From positions 1 through 64,000 of the forward strand of contig CAXHJY010000578.1 in NCBI GenBank assembly GCA_964016885.1: a DNA stretch of 64,000 bases, written 5' to 3'. Position numbers and translations under genes: made by a program. Source of the stretch: Eledone cirrhosa. Lineage: Eukaryota. Position 1 is the stretch's first letter; each line of letters opens with the position of its first letter. This document shows positions 14,020-27,021 of this stretch, one piece after another. The notes under the pieces were generated by a model. It ran no database searches, had not been told where the DNA came from, and worked only from the letters and a program-made list of their open reading frames with translations.

Positions 14020-14305
14020 TAGGGTTGGATTTAGACCTTGGGGGTCCGGGGCACTTCAGGTTTCGAATTAGAATACAGAGCACCCCCCACCCCCTCCCCA
14101 ATTTTACATATCAAAGTTAGCTTGGCGCAAGTAACTGAAATTCACAAGTTATCCATACAGGTATTAAATTCGAAAATTCTAACCATCCTAAAATTAAAAA
14201 GTCCAGCTGAGGGCACAAATAAATTGCTTCGGCCGTCGCTGGTGGGGACTCCCACTGTAGGGGCCACGGGTATTTGCCCCCCCCCCCCCATTAAATCCTG
14301 CCTTG
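14020..14305. mobile_element. Decayed hAT-like MITE
   Basis: Ends agggttggattta..taaatcctgccttg with GC-rich subterminal ggggcc motifs. Confidence 0.5.
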
Positions 14306-14569
14306 TATGTACATATATACGTATCTGTGTTTGTTGGCAGTACAATAGTATATTACTACAGACAGGTAATATTGAAGTGACAAATGTACTTCAACATGTG
14401 TGTCAGCCACCTCGGCATTTGTTAGAATAGAGTGTCACGGTTGGACGGATATATGCCAGCCAGAACAGCGCCTGAGTATTTAGCGCCCTCGGTGCCCTGT
14501 CCCCTCCCCTCTCTCTCTCTACACACACACTTATATATATATTATTGTATACATACACACACACATACA

Positions 14570-14604
<35 letters not shown>

Positions 14605-14789
14605 TTATATATGAGAGTGAGAGAGAGGGGTGGGTGGCTTCTACACAGCTAGAACTGATTCATTTGTATGAAAGTTATATATGTATATGTGTGTGAGAGA
14701 GTATTTTGTATGGTGAATAATTGTCGACGACAATCGTTTCTGACTCTGGTCGTTATCAAGACGGTGCTCTCTTACCCTGCTCTCTGTTG

Positions 14790-16850
14790 GCACTCAATAT
14801 AGGCAAAAACATTGTTTTGACAACCATCTTGCTGGGGTGTACCCCTGGGTTTCCTGCCGGCTGGTTTTGGCCGTAAAATCTGTCCAGTGATTCTTTGCTG
14901 AGAGATTCCGTAGTATCGGAGCTGTGATCTCTCAATTTGGAATAGTGACTCTACCTGGAACGACACCCTGATATCTGAGCTACGCACTCCTTCGAGTAAC
15001 GTTACTCCAAAGACCCTTCGGAGGAATCCCATTTCGGCCGTATGTATTCGTGATCGTATTCTTTCGGTCATTACCCCAAATTCATGACCATAGGTAAGAG
15101 CTGGCACGAAAACCGAATTAAAGATAGTGAGTTTGGCTTTTACACCTTCCCCACTTCTTTTGATTACCGAATGCTATGCTGAAGCTGGTGCACTAATGCA
15201 CCAGCTGCTGTAATTATTGGATTTAATTCATTCAGCCTCCTGCCTTCCATCATTAGTGAACATGGCCCTGAGATACTTGAACTTCTCCACCTGCTTCAGT
15301 GGAACGTCACTCGCTTGTGGAGTGCTCTGTGCAGGCTTCTTTGAGAAGACAAATGTCTTTGTCTTCACATCACTGGATTTCATTTCAGCCCTGCAGCACT
15401 CGGCATTAAACCTATTGAGTGCTTGTCGAAGATCACCTTCTGATGAGTTGAGTAATATCATACCATGTGCAAATTCCAGTCGACTGAACCTACATCCAGG
15501 CCACCCGGCCCACACGAGTCAACCAGAGAACACCATCTCTATTTAAGGCTTTTTACATATCTGGTCGAATTTCATCCTCCCCAGCGGCCATGCTACATTT
15601 GTGCTCTTTAATTGCTCTTGAGACGTCAGCATCCGAGAGATTAGTAATCGTTCCCAGATGCACCTCATGTATATCAGATGATGTTGCGACCGTGTTTAGG
15701 AAATTAAAAAAGTATTCTCACTACCTCGTGAAGGTGCACATCTCCGAAGAGAGGACTCCAGAGGCATTCCTAGCAGCAGGCGTGGAGGACCTCTTTTTAA
15801 GAAGTCGGTGGATCATTTGCCAGAATACTTCATTTGCTGAAATAAAGACGGATTCCAGCTTAATCCAAAGTCCTCTCATGGACGTCTTTACAGTGCAAGA
15901 AGATATAATGTTTTCCAAGCCAAGTTTTGTAAACATCCTTCTTTGCTCGAACGGCATCTTTGGCATCTTGATTGAACCAACGGGTTCCCCTGCCACCTGG
16001 CATCACACAAATCCGCTTTCGCCCGCAACATTTAACAGGTGAAGCAGTAATGCCCAGCTAAACAGTCTCCACTCAGTTTCAACGTCCTCAGTTTGCTCAG
16101 GGAGTTCTCTGAATTTGGATGCATACCTGGTCCTGACCTCCTTTTCAGCCAGCACTTCCTACTTTATCCTGTAGGTCGAGCTAAACATGCCAGTTTTGTG
16201 GGTATTCTTGGCTTTAGGTAGTATCAGGCTGCAGATAAGTAGATGATGATCAGTTGACAACTCGATCCCTCTCTTAACACGAAAATCCAACACAGAATCG
16301 AAAAGATCAGAGACAAAATTAATAATTATTGATTTCTGTCTCTGATTTCTCTTATACCATGTGTATTTATGGATGTCTTTGCGCTGGAAAGGTGTTCATA
16401 ATAGTCATTACTAGAACAAAAGTCTAATAAAGCCTCTCCATTCGTATTTAGATCGGTAGCATCAGATCCCTCTCCACTAGTTCCTACTCCTTACCTGTAA
16501 GGGTTGTAAACGTTCCAGTTTCCAAGCGTTACAGTTTGCTTCATTCTGGGCCGACATTGGAGTCTCGGGATACGCAGCCTTTGTGCGTCCATTTCACGTT
16601 TCCCAGGACAGATCACAGGCCCATCACCAGTTCTTGCAGCGTTGTATAGAGACTGGAATATATTTTTCGGATAGGTCCCTCTACCTAAGACCTGAACACG
16701 CCCCTTGTTACCCGCCACGAAGGACGATGCGGTATGAATACCTTTGTTGTATCTCACCATATTGCAGTATTTTAGTGGTCTTATTCACGCCAATTTGGTA
16801 CTTTTTCAGACCTGCGAAGACTAGGCTTTTTTAAAGACGGCCTTTACTTG
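14790..16850 (-). pseudogene. Decayed, internally deleted RTE LINE of Rex3/Expander type
   Basis: APE start TLGNWNV, VPLKQVEKFKYL, PALTYGHEFGVMTERIRSRIHTAEMGFLRRV..QIERSQLRYYG, GRKPRG. Confidence 0.85.
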
Positions 16851-16974
16851 CCTTGTCGTAACTACATCACTAGATTCATATCACAATACATAATTATAAT
16901 ATAGATAATCAGCGGTCGATCAAGCAAGGCAGATTAATCAATAATCAGACAATTTGCTTATATCATTACATCGA

Positions 16975-17365
16975 GAGTAGTGGGATAACAAAATTGGTAG
17001 AGTGTCGAATAAAATGTCATTGCGATATTTGGCCTCACTTTTTACATTCTGTATTCAAGTCCCACCATTGCCTTTCTTAGTTGATAAAATAAACTGGGGT
17101 TGATTTAATCAACTTTGCCCTTCCTCAATTTTTCCCTTCTCTCAGATTTACCGGTCTCGTGTCTATATTAGAAATCACTATCAAGAGTGGTCAGAGTGGT
17201 GTATATGCAGAATAGTTAGAGCGCCGGACAAAACAGTTTACTACATTTGTCCCGTCAAGGTCAACTCTGTCTCAATAAAATAAAATACCAGTCAAATACT
17301 GCATTGATTTAATCAACGTTGCCCTTCCCCTAAATTACAGGTTTTGTGTTTAAATTAGAGATCAA
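16975..17365 (+). mobile_element. Two decayed type A SINEs
   Basis: gataaaataaa..ctggggttgatttaatcaac and aataaaataaaataccagtcaaatactg. Confidence 0.65.
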
Positions 17366-17569
17366 CAATAACAATAATAACAACATCAACACTGTTTACG
17401 TGTTCATGGAATGTAAATAATTGGATTGTAGCTTTAGAATGTTATTTAGTCTCTTCAGAAAGTTTAATGGAAAACACGAGAACACTAGAATTGTCGCTAA
17501 TGTCGACAACAGTTGAGCGACTAATGAGATGAGTCAGCTTTGTCGCACATCTATTACTCATCTTTCATC

Positions 17570-19880
17570 TCACCTACTACAGTATTACCACCTACAACAC
17601 TACCACCTACTACACCACCTACTACAGTATTACCACCTACAACACTACCACCTACTACACCACCTACTACAGTATTACCACCTACAACACCACCACCTAC
17701 TACACCACCTACTACAGTATTACCACCTACAACACTACCACCACCTACTACAGTATTACCACCTACAACACTACCACCTACTACACCACCTACTACAGTA
17801 TTACCACCTACAACACCACCACCTACTACACCACCTACTACAGTATTACCACCTACAACACCACCACCAACTACACCACCTACTACAGTATTACCACCAC
17901 CACCACCACCTACAACACCACCACCTACTACACCACCTACTACAGTATTACCACCTACAACACCACCACCTACTACACCACCTACTACAGTATTACCACC
18001 TACAACACCAGCACCTACAACACCACCTACTACAGTATTACCACCTACAACACCACCACCTACAACACCACCTACTACAGTATTACCACCTACAACACCA
18101 CCACCTACAACACCACCACCTACACCACCACCACCTACAACACCACCACCAACTACAATACCACCACCTACAACACCACCACCTACACCACCACCACCTA
18201 CAACACCACCACCAACTACAATACCACCACCTACAACACCACCACCTACAACACCATCTACTACAGTATTACCACCTACAATACCACCACCTACAACACC
18301 ACCACCTACTACACCACCTACTACAGCATCACCACCACCTACAACACCACCACCACCACCACCTACAACACCACCACCAACTACACCACCACCAACTACA
18401 CCACCACTACAGCATCACCACCTACTACAGCATCACCACCTACAACACCACCACCACCTACAACACCACCACCACCACCACCACCAACTACACCACCACT
18501 ACAGCATCACCACCTACAACACCACCACCACCTATAACACCACCACCACCAACTACACCACCACTACAGCATCACCACCTACAACACCACCACCACCACC
18601 ACCACCAACTACACCACCACTACAGCATCACCACCTACAACACCACCACCACCACCACCACCAACTACACCACCACTACAGCATCACCACCTACAACACC
18701 ACCACCACCACCACCACCAACTACACCACCACTACAGCATCACCACCTACAACACCACCACCACCACCACCACCAACTACACCACCACTACAGCATCACC
18801 ACCTACAACACCACCACCACCATGATCACAATTACCAACAGCTACAGCATCACCACGACCATCTTCAACAAAAACACCATTACCTCCTATATTACCACCA
18901 CCACCACTACCTACACTAATATCACCTACTACACCAACACCACAACTACCTCCAGTACCATCATCACCTACACCACCACCACTACCTACTACACCACCAC
19001 AATCACCATCGCCATCACCCATTACAGCATCACCACCTATATCTACACCACCACCTACAACACAACCATCGCCATCACCCCGCCACCAGCTTCACCACAT
19101 GCACCACTGCCTACATCTCCACCAACACCACCTACATCACCACCATCACCACCGCCACCAGCTTCACCACATGCACCACTACCTACATCTCCACCAACAC
19201 CACCCACATCACCACCACCACCACCATCACCACCGCCACCAGCTTCACCACATGCACCACTACCTACATCTCCACCAACACCACCCACATCACCACCATC
19301 ACCACCACCACCACCTACATCTCCACCAACACCACCCACATCACCACCACCACCACCATCACCACCACCACCACCTACATCTCCACCAACACCACCTACA
19401 TCACCACCACCACCATCACCACCGCCACCAGCTTCACCACATGCACCACTACCTACATCTCCACCAACACCACCCACATCACCACCACCACCACCATCAC
19501 CACCGCCACCAGCTTCACCACATGCACCACTACCTACATCTCCACCAACACCACCACATCACCACCACCACCACCATCACCACCACCACCACCTACATCT
19601 CCACCAACACCACCTACATCACCACCACCACCATCACCACCGCCACCAGCTTCACCACATGCACCACTACCTACATCTCCACCAACACCACCCACATCAC
19701 CACCACCACCACCACCACCACCGCCACCAGCTTCACCACATGCACCACTACCTACATCTCCACCAACACCACCCACATCACCACCACCACCACCATCACC
19801 ACCGCCACCAGCTTCACCACATGCACCACTACCTACATCTCCACCAACACCACCCACATCACCATCACCACCACCACCGT
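17570..19880. repeat. (CCA/ACC)-derived compound minisatellite with higher-order units
   Basis: Three successive unit types (cctactacagtatta, ctacagcatcacc, gcttcaccacatgcacc); plus strand very G-poor. Confidence 0.92.
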
Positions 19881-20339
19881 ATTACTCACTTCACTTCAAA
19901 CGACAGTCCTCTATATGCAGCGTCATTTATACATCATGTTGCTTCTATGTTATTGTCTACCTGTAGATGTATGTGACGGATACAATACTTTGAAGTATAT
20001 GTGAATATGTGATCGGATTTCAAATCGCGCTATGGTCAACTTTGCCTTCAGCTTTTTCAGATCAATAGATAAAGTAGCAGTTCAATACTTGGGTCGATCT
20101 CTCCCCCACACACACTTCTCTCTCTTTCTTTCTTTCTGTAAAAAAACGACTGTTCTGACTTGGGGAGAGATGGGCTCCGCCAGGTTTAAATATTCAAGAC
20201 ACGAGACTCCTCTACCAAGACTTAAGCGGCTCATGGAATGTATTGGTCTCTCTCTCTCTCTCTATCTCTCTCTCCCTCTCTCTCTCTCTGTATGTATGTA
20301 TGTATGTATGTATGTATGTATGTATGTATGTATGTGTGT

Positions 20340-20625
20340 GTGAAGGCTTAGTAGTTAGGCTGTTCAACGGATTTACAATCGCAAAGTCGTGAGTTCGATT
20401 CCCAGTGGCGCATTGTCTCCTTGAGAAAGACACTTTATTTCATGTTTCTTCAGTCCATTCAGATGGCATAAATGAATTGAACCTGCATTTCAAAGAACCA
20501 ACCTAATTATACATTGTATCAAGCTGAATCTCCCCGAGAACTACGTTATGGATACACGTGTCTTTTGAATGCTCAGTCACTTGCACGTTAATTTCACGAA
20601 CACTCATCGTTAGAGCCGATAGAGG
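20340..20625 (+). mobile_element. SINE type B
   Basis: gtgaaggcttagtagttagg head and type B body. Confidence 0.75.
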
Positions 20626-20759
20626 TCTAACATATTTTACAAACGTTTACAGTAATTAGTATTCTTCAAGCATCTTTCCAACGGCGGAACAATTATTAAT
20701 CCATACCTCCATCACATACCGCTAAAGTCACAAACAGAGAAATACATTTTCGAAAACAA

Positions 20760-21032
20760 GTCCTAGCTGCTGCAAAACACCGTGGTGCTGCATTGGTTTT
20801 GCTTGGCAAGCCACATTTTGCGCCTGTCGCTCACTCGGCATGTAGGGACTGTCATGCCATGCTCATTGCAGAAGGAAAAACGAGGTAGAGGCCGCCCCAA
20901 AATTACCTGGCACAGAACATTCTAGGAGGACCTCAAATACACAGGGACTAGTTGGACAGGTGCGGAGAGAACCGCAGTAGATCGACCATGCTGCCTGATG
21001 CGTCTTAAGGTACAGGAAGACCTAAAACTAAG
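20760..21032 (+). pseudogene. RTE LINE 3' fragment
   Basis: ASHILRL..KRGRGRPKITWHRTF*EDLK..TSWTGAERTAVDR, typical of RTE C-termini. Confidence 0.7.
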
Positions 21033-21289
21033 ACCTTCCTTCCGCCGGTCGCTAAAGCCCTGAAAAACGTCATGGGCACTGCCTCTCCCTCCTTGTCCAA
21101 ACGATTAGAAATATTATTGCTTTACTTCAATGTTATGGATCGTTGTTCCTTAATGTGAGATTCTTCAGCATGAGGCGTATATATTGTACCATATGTTATG
21201 CTATATATTGTGCTATATACTGTGCTATATATTATGCTATGTACTACACTATATATTATGATATACTAACTTCTCACAGATATGCAACC

Positions 21290-21625
21290 AAATAAAATAA
21301 TTTCAACTTAGTTTGGTAAGCTGATGAACCTAGTTTTGACCACTTCTTGCTCTAACCACACTAAAGAAAAGTACTAAACCTGCATTTTCCACTAACAGTC
21401 CACACACACATACACACAACACACGTTAAACCATGTTACAGTTCTTAACAATATACAACCTTCTTCATTGCTTTGGATATTTCCACAACACTGTACCACA
21501 ACAAAGATGTTTAACGATATAGTTATTGATCTGAAGAACATTAGCCAAGGTTCAGCAATGCGCTTCTCTGAAGTCTACGCCCCAGGTGGTTTCCTAGTTG
21601 ATATTAATAGTAGCGCCAGTCCTGC
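21290..21625 (+). mobile_element. Old non-autonomous DNA element, hAT-like; related copies at about 27645-28580 and 48815-49447
   Basis: Shared aaaataatt..cttgctctaa.cacactaa..actaaacctgcatttt..caaagatgttta; end atagtagcgccagtcctg resembles 49428-49447. Confidence 0.55.
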
Positions 21626-21799
21626 ATTAACCCTGTTTACTAATAAGGAATTTTTTTTATTTTAGTTATACACATAGTTGTAAAGTATTATAATTTTAGA
21701 GAGCCGTTTTTGAAAAGGAACGTTTTGAATAAATTTAACCATATCCTGAATAGAGTTGATATATGATCTGTTTGCACAACTGTTAATAGTAATTAATTG

Positions 21800-22095
21800 G
21801 GAAAGGCACGTAGCTTAGTGGTTACTATATATCCGGCTCGCGGTCGTAAGTTCGAGTTCTGGTGACGCGTTGTGTCCTTGATGGAGATACTTTATTTCAC
21901 ATTTTCAAAGTTCATTCAACTGGCAAAAATGGGTTGTAGAGTAATTCAAAGAGTAATTCACATGTTGCGCCACACTGTATTTCCCTGAGAACTACGTTAA
22001 AGGTGCATGTGTATGTGGAATGCTCAGCCACTAGCCTGTTAGTTTCATGATCACATCAACTGGGACGTTCGTCGTCGGGACCGACCGAAGGCTTA
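21800..22095 (+). mobile_element. SINE type B
   Basis: tRNA-like head and type B body. Confidence 0.75.
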
Positions 22096-22654
22096 CACAC
22101 CTTCACGCATGAACACACTCATACACACACACATACACACACATACACACACGCATACACACACACACACAATCATATCCAATTGGTCATTTGCTGCTAT
22201 GGAAACAACCATACGCCATGTTACCCTATATAGCGGGGAAGTCGTGCGGAAATCGATGATTTCATTGTCGCCGATATTAATTAGTTTTTAATAAGATTTA
22301 CCTGGTGATATCAACAAATATTCTACACTTCTTTATTTTCTCTGAATAGTGTACCTGTTTGTTCTTGTGTTCTGCTCCGATTGTTTCCTGAGTCACCGTA
22401 AACAAATAAAACAACAACAAAAAAAACAACAAAAAAAACGAGCAGTTACATACGTTGCCTCGATTAATATTTAAATATTTGGTATGTAAAGACTATATAA
22501 GGCGGCGAAATCGCATTATCATTAGGACGCCAGATTAAATGTCTCGGTTTTTATTCCATCACACTACATCCTGTATTTATAAACTGCTCGATAAATAAAG
22601 TGACAGTGAAAGACTTGGGTTGATCCCCACCTCTCTCTCTTTGTATGTATATAA

Positions 22655-22715
<61 letters not shown>

Positions 22716-22843
22716 AAAGTTCTATTTAAAATTGTTGGGATACAACAAGTAAATATTTTATAACTGAAATAAAGCACTCAACAAGTTTTTGGAGTAGATA
22801 TACGATATTAAATAAATGGAAACTATATTTATAAAACCATATT

Positions 22844-22908
22844 TATTTCATTATACATATTTCAGGGATACCAAATTAAAATATGGCATGCCTTCATCAG
22901 ACAAAATA
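22844..22908 (-). ncRNA. Type I minimal hammerhead ribozyme (P1)
   Basis: Reverse complement of 23070-23134. Confidence 0.8.
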
Positions 22909-23069
22909 CAATATATAAACAGTTTTATAAATAATTTTGACGTACCCTATTAGATGCGACCATTATTTTTTGGAAGCTGTCTGTGTTTTCTATCCAGACA
23001 GCTTCCAAAAAATAATGGTCGCATCTAATAGGGTACGTCAAAATTATTTATAAAACTATTTATATATTG

Positions 23070-23134
23070 TATTTTGTCTGATGAAGGCATGCCATATTTT
23101 AATTTGGTATCCCTGAAATATGTATAATGAAATA
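23070..23134 (+). ncRNA. Type I minimal hammerhead ribozyme (P1)
   Basis: tattttgt CTGATGA agg c atgcca-loop-tggtat c cct GAAA tatgtATA atgaaata. Confidence 0.82.
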
Positions 23135-23166
23135 AATATGGTTTTATAAATATAGTTTCCATTTAT

Positions 23167-23212
<46 letters not shown>

Positions 23213-23219
<7 letters not shown>

Positions 23220-23643
23220 TATGTATACGTACATACATATATGTATACAGATGTACAGTAGTATGTATATATATATATATATACATACATGCACACATAT
23301 ATATGTACGTATGGATTCACCAAACATTTATTATAATGCTCGGTGTGTTTGTAAACAAACATCCCGAATTAAGCCGTACAGTGTCTAGCAACCACCGTTG
23401 CTCATTTGTTCAACACTGACAAAGGAACGCTGTACTAGTTTCAGTGTTGAACAAATGAGCAACGATGGTTGCTAGACACTGTACGGCTTAATTCGGGATG
23501 TTTGTTTACAAACACACCGAGCATTATAATAAATGTTCGGTGAATCCATACGTACATATATATATGTGTGCATGTATGTATATATATATACATACTACTG
23601 TACGTCTGTATACATATATGTATGTACGTATACATACTTATAT
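23213..23643. repeat. Long palindrome, arms about 205 bp, 21-nt loop
   Basis: Arms 23213-23419 and 23441-23643 with few mismatches. Confidence 0.92.
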
Positions 23644-23709
23644 TTAAGTAACAGCCGTACTAAGAGTGAGAAATGAAATTTCGTTTCATTTTTTCCGTAT
23701 ATATATATA

Positions 23710-24867
23710 CTAGCATTAAAGCCCGGCGTTGCTCGGGGTCATTAAGTTACCAAAGTTAGGTTGCACCACCCATTTTATGGCAGCACTTTTTTGTGTGCCA
23801 AGCATTGGGTGAATGAATTGCAGACCTGGAAGCAGGAGCTGCGCCAGCAGTGACAATTGTAGTTTCGCCTATGGATATTATCTCTGTGCAAAAAAGTGTT
23901 GAAATTTATTGTTTCACAGTACTTGCGCAACACGCGCGTAGACGATGCCAGCCGAACAACAGAGCTGCGATGGAGTTGTTCTGCATGGTTGTCTGTGTGT
24001 TTTCTAAATTTAAGACAGTAGGGAGGGTTGTGATATGAGGGAGAGTTAGCTGTTGTTTCTAGCAGGTTTAGTGACCTCATAGAGGATATGTGTTTTCTAA
24101 ATTTAAGACAGTAGGGAGTGGTGTGATATGGGGGAGAGTTAGCTGCTGTTTCTAGCAGGTTTAGTAACCTCATAGAGGATATGTGTTTTCTAAATTTAAG
24201 ACAGTAGGGAGTGGTGTGATATGGGGGAGAGTTAGCTGCTGTTTCTAGCAGGTTTAGTGACCTCATAGAAGATATGTTTTCTAAATTTAAGACAGTAGGG
24301 AGGGGTGTGGTATCGGAGAGAGTTAGCTGCTGTTTCTAGCAGGTTTAGTGACCTCATAGAGGATATTATTGTTTATCATTATCTATAAAAGGCAGATTGT
24401 TGTTGTTGTTGAAGTGAGTGTGTGTTTGTATGCGTTTGGAAAAGAGGTTTTAAAAAAGATTTATCGCTTGTTGTTGAATAAATGTATCTGTATAAAAGAG
24501 AAAGTACCAAAATGTGTGGGTTGTAGTTAGAGGTAAGCAGATGATATGAGAGAGTAAAACGGACAGTATCACCATCAAGCTTGGAAAGAGAAAGTAGCAG
24601 AAGTATGAAGTTGTATAGATTTTGAATGGTAGTGGAAAGAGTTTAGCAGTTTAAATGACAGAGAAAAATCGTAAAATATTGAGTTTTATCTATTTTTTGC
24701 GTAATTGTGGGTGAAATTGAAAAAATTATCTGTGCCAAGACGCAATCGAAGCTATTTCGAATACTGAATTGTAAATTTCAATTGAAGAAATTCTATATCG
24801 TAGATTTCTATAAGAAAGGAGCATGACCACACACTGAGCTTTATAGATTATGATATATAGAGAGAGA
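23710..24867 (-). mobile_element. Non-autonomous Helitron with internal 93-bp x4 tandem repeat (23996-24365)
   Basis: Minus-strand 3' end cccgagcaacgccggg hairpin + CTAG; 5' TC(TATATAT) near 24861-24867. Confidence 0.75.
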
Positions 24868-24983
24868 TATGATTCCAGTTTCTCAGTGAAATAACAACCC
24901 AACCAGGAACTGGGCATATCAGAGTATTGACAAAATTATACACCTCAACAACGTATGTACTTGTCTATACCACACTAATTCGG

Positions 24984-25038
24984 ACTGCCTGAAGAGGTCA
25001 CAGCCAAAGATGGCTGTCACCGAAATATATATAGCAGT
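24984..25038 (+). ncRNA. Type I minimal hammerhead ribozyme, different family
   Basis: actgc CTGAAGA ggt c acagcca aaga tggctgt c acc GAAA tatatATA gcagt, followed by aataaa. Confidence 0.88.
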
Positions 25039-25267
25039 AATAAACGAAGATAAATTTTAAACATTTGACTTATTTATTTGACTTTATTTTATATATATAT
25101 ATAGTAATAATAATAAATGTGAAGACTAAAATCCAAAGAGGGCTCGATAAGGATAAATATATATCAAATATATAAAAACCATAGAGAAAATATTTATTGA
25201 AATAACAGATTAAGCAAAGAATCGCAGGGTGAAAGCAGCGATTCTTTGCTTAAACTTTAACCTGCTA

Positions 25268-25404
<137 letters not shown>

Positions 25405-25923
25405 TGTTGCCTCGAAGAGATCGATATATAATATATAACGATCATGTGGCTCTATGATAACTCTATGAGAGAATTAGAGCTAAAAGTCCGAGACCTCAGA
25501 GCTTTGCACACTGCCCAATATCATAAGAAACCACATCTCTAATATTTTACAGAGAACAATTTAATTAGGTTTCAAAAAAAAACAAAACGTCCAGACAGAA
25601 TAAGTATTATAGTTACAAGTAGAACATCGGCAAATGAAGTCAAGAGTTGCAATCATCAGTAGACATCTTGAAATTCTAGAAAAATATTAGTTCCCAAAGA
25701 ACGAGAGACCAGCCACTGCTCAAGGCACGTGTAGAATAAAAATAAAATTAGAATGTTCGATAAGATGAAAATGGTAAGCGGTAACGCTAGAAATAGGTCA
25801 CACATTAATACACAAAACACTGCTCGACTAAGGAGTAAATATATGAAAAGAGATCTATATATAATATATAATGATCATGTGACTATGATAGTTCTATGAG
25901 AGAATTGAAGCGAAAAATCGAAG

Positions 25924-25988
<65 letters not shown>

Positions 25989-25989
25989 A

Positions 25990-26110
25990 GAGGTTATATT
26001 TAATTTGTTGGGATACATTTTATCTGATGAAAGCGCACCATGGTGGCCCTTGAAATATGTATAATGAAATAAATATGGTTTTATAAATATAGTTTCCATT
26101 TGTTAATATA
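25990..26110. mobile_element. Short P1 element: inverted terminal 27 bp fused to a plus-strand HHR arm
   Basis: aggttatatttaatttgttgggatac (P1 outer end) followed by the opposite-orientation HHR segment. Confidence 0.75.
26017..26070 (+). ncRNA. Type I minimal hammerhead ribozyme (P1), short stem II
   Basis: attttat CTGATGA aagcgcaccatggtggccctt GAAA tatgtATA atgaaat. Confidence 0.78.
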
Positions 26111-26965
26111 TTGTATATATATATCTATAGTTTAATAAATGAACAGAGAGGCAGTACAAATGATATGGTTTTTAGTTTCACGCTTGAGAGTGGGGGGATA
26201 TATATATAGGAAAATAGTTAGGATCCCGACGGATGAGTATCGAGTACTCTGATGCGTTATGGTCCACCTGGTATCTTACCACACTTTCTTTGCTATATAT
26301 ATATATATTTCACTGGAAGAAACCGGCTGAAGAGTGATGGCCTCTGCCCGATTTGAAATGTCCAAAACATGGCATGTGCCATGACGGCGGCCCTATGAAT
26401 CCATCAAGAGTTAATGGCCTTTTCCTTTTTTCTTCTTTCAAAGCTTAAATATCACACCAACAACGTATAATTAGTAAATCCTTTAAGTTTAACGTCTATT
26501 ATAAGATCACTTATCTTCTTGTTTAAACAGACCAAACTACTATAAGATTCATTTAGTTTATATTACTGACCGTCAGTCTAGTAAGCTGTTCCTCAGACAC
26601 ACGCTCACTCTGTTGTTCAAAACTCACACTCAAAAAAATAATAACAACAAACGTTTATGGTGTTTTTAAAGTAGGGAGAAGTAATTGAAAGCGCCTGTCT
26701 TGCTTAATAAGATGGAAATGTGTGCGTGTATGTTTGACTTCTGCCTGTTCCGATGTTGAGTGATTCAGTTGATTCGATCAACGGAATAGCATGCTGGTAA
26801 AATTAACGCGCAAGTGGCTAAGCATTCTACACTCGCGTGCATTGTTAATGTAGTTCTTGGAGAGAGATGTATGTGAGTGAGGGTGTACGCTTATCTGTAT
26901 TTACACATACAGCGCACGTTTAATATACTGTTCCGGTTTTGTATGTCCTTTAACTATCATTAACC

Positions 26966-27021
<56 letters not shown>

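Larger units (their letters stand above)
22716..23173. mobile_element. Non-autonomous HHR-bearing fold-back element (family P1) with 179-bp arms
   Basis: Arms 22805-22983 and 22995-23173, 11-nt loop, flanked by (TA)n. Confidence 0.9.

Noticed and set aside
17529-19976. 815-aa His/Thr/Pro-rich ORF and overlapping ORFs
   Set aside because: Open because the repeat rarely forms stops; composition switches among frames as units shift register
26327-26420. CTGAAGA followed by a possible stem tgatgg/ccatca
   Set aside because: No GAAA-NUH half in the right place
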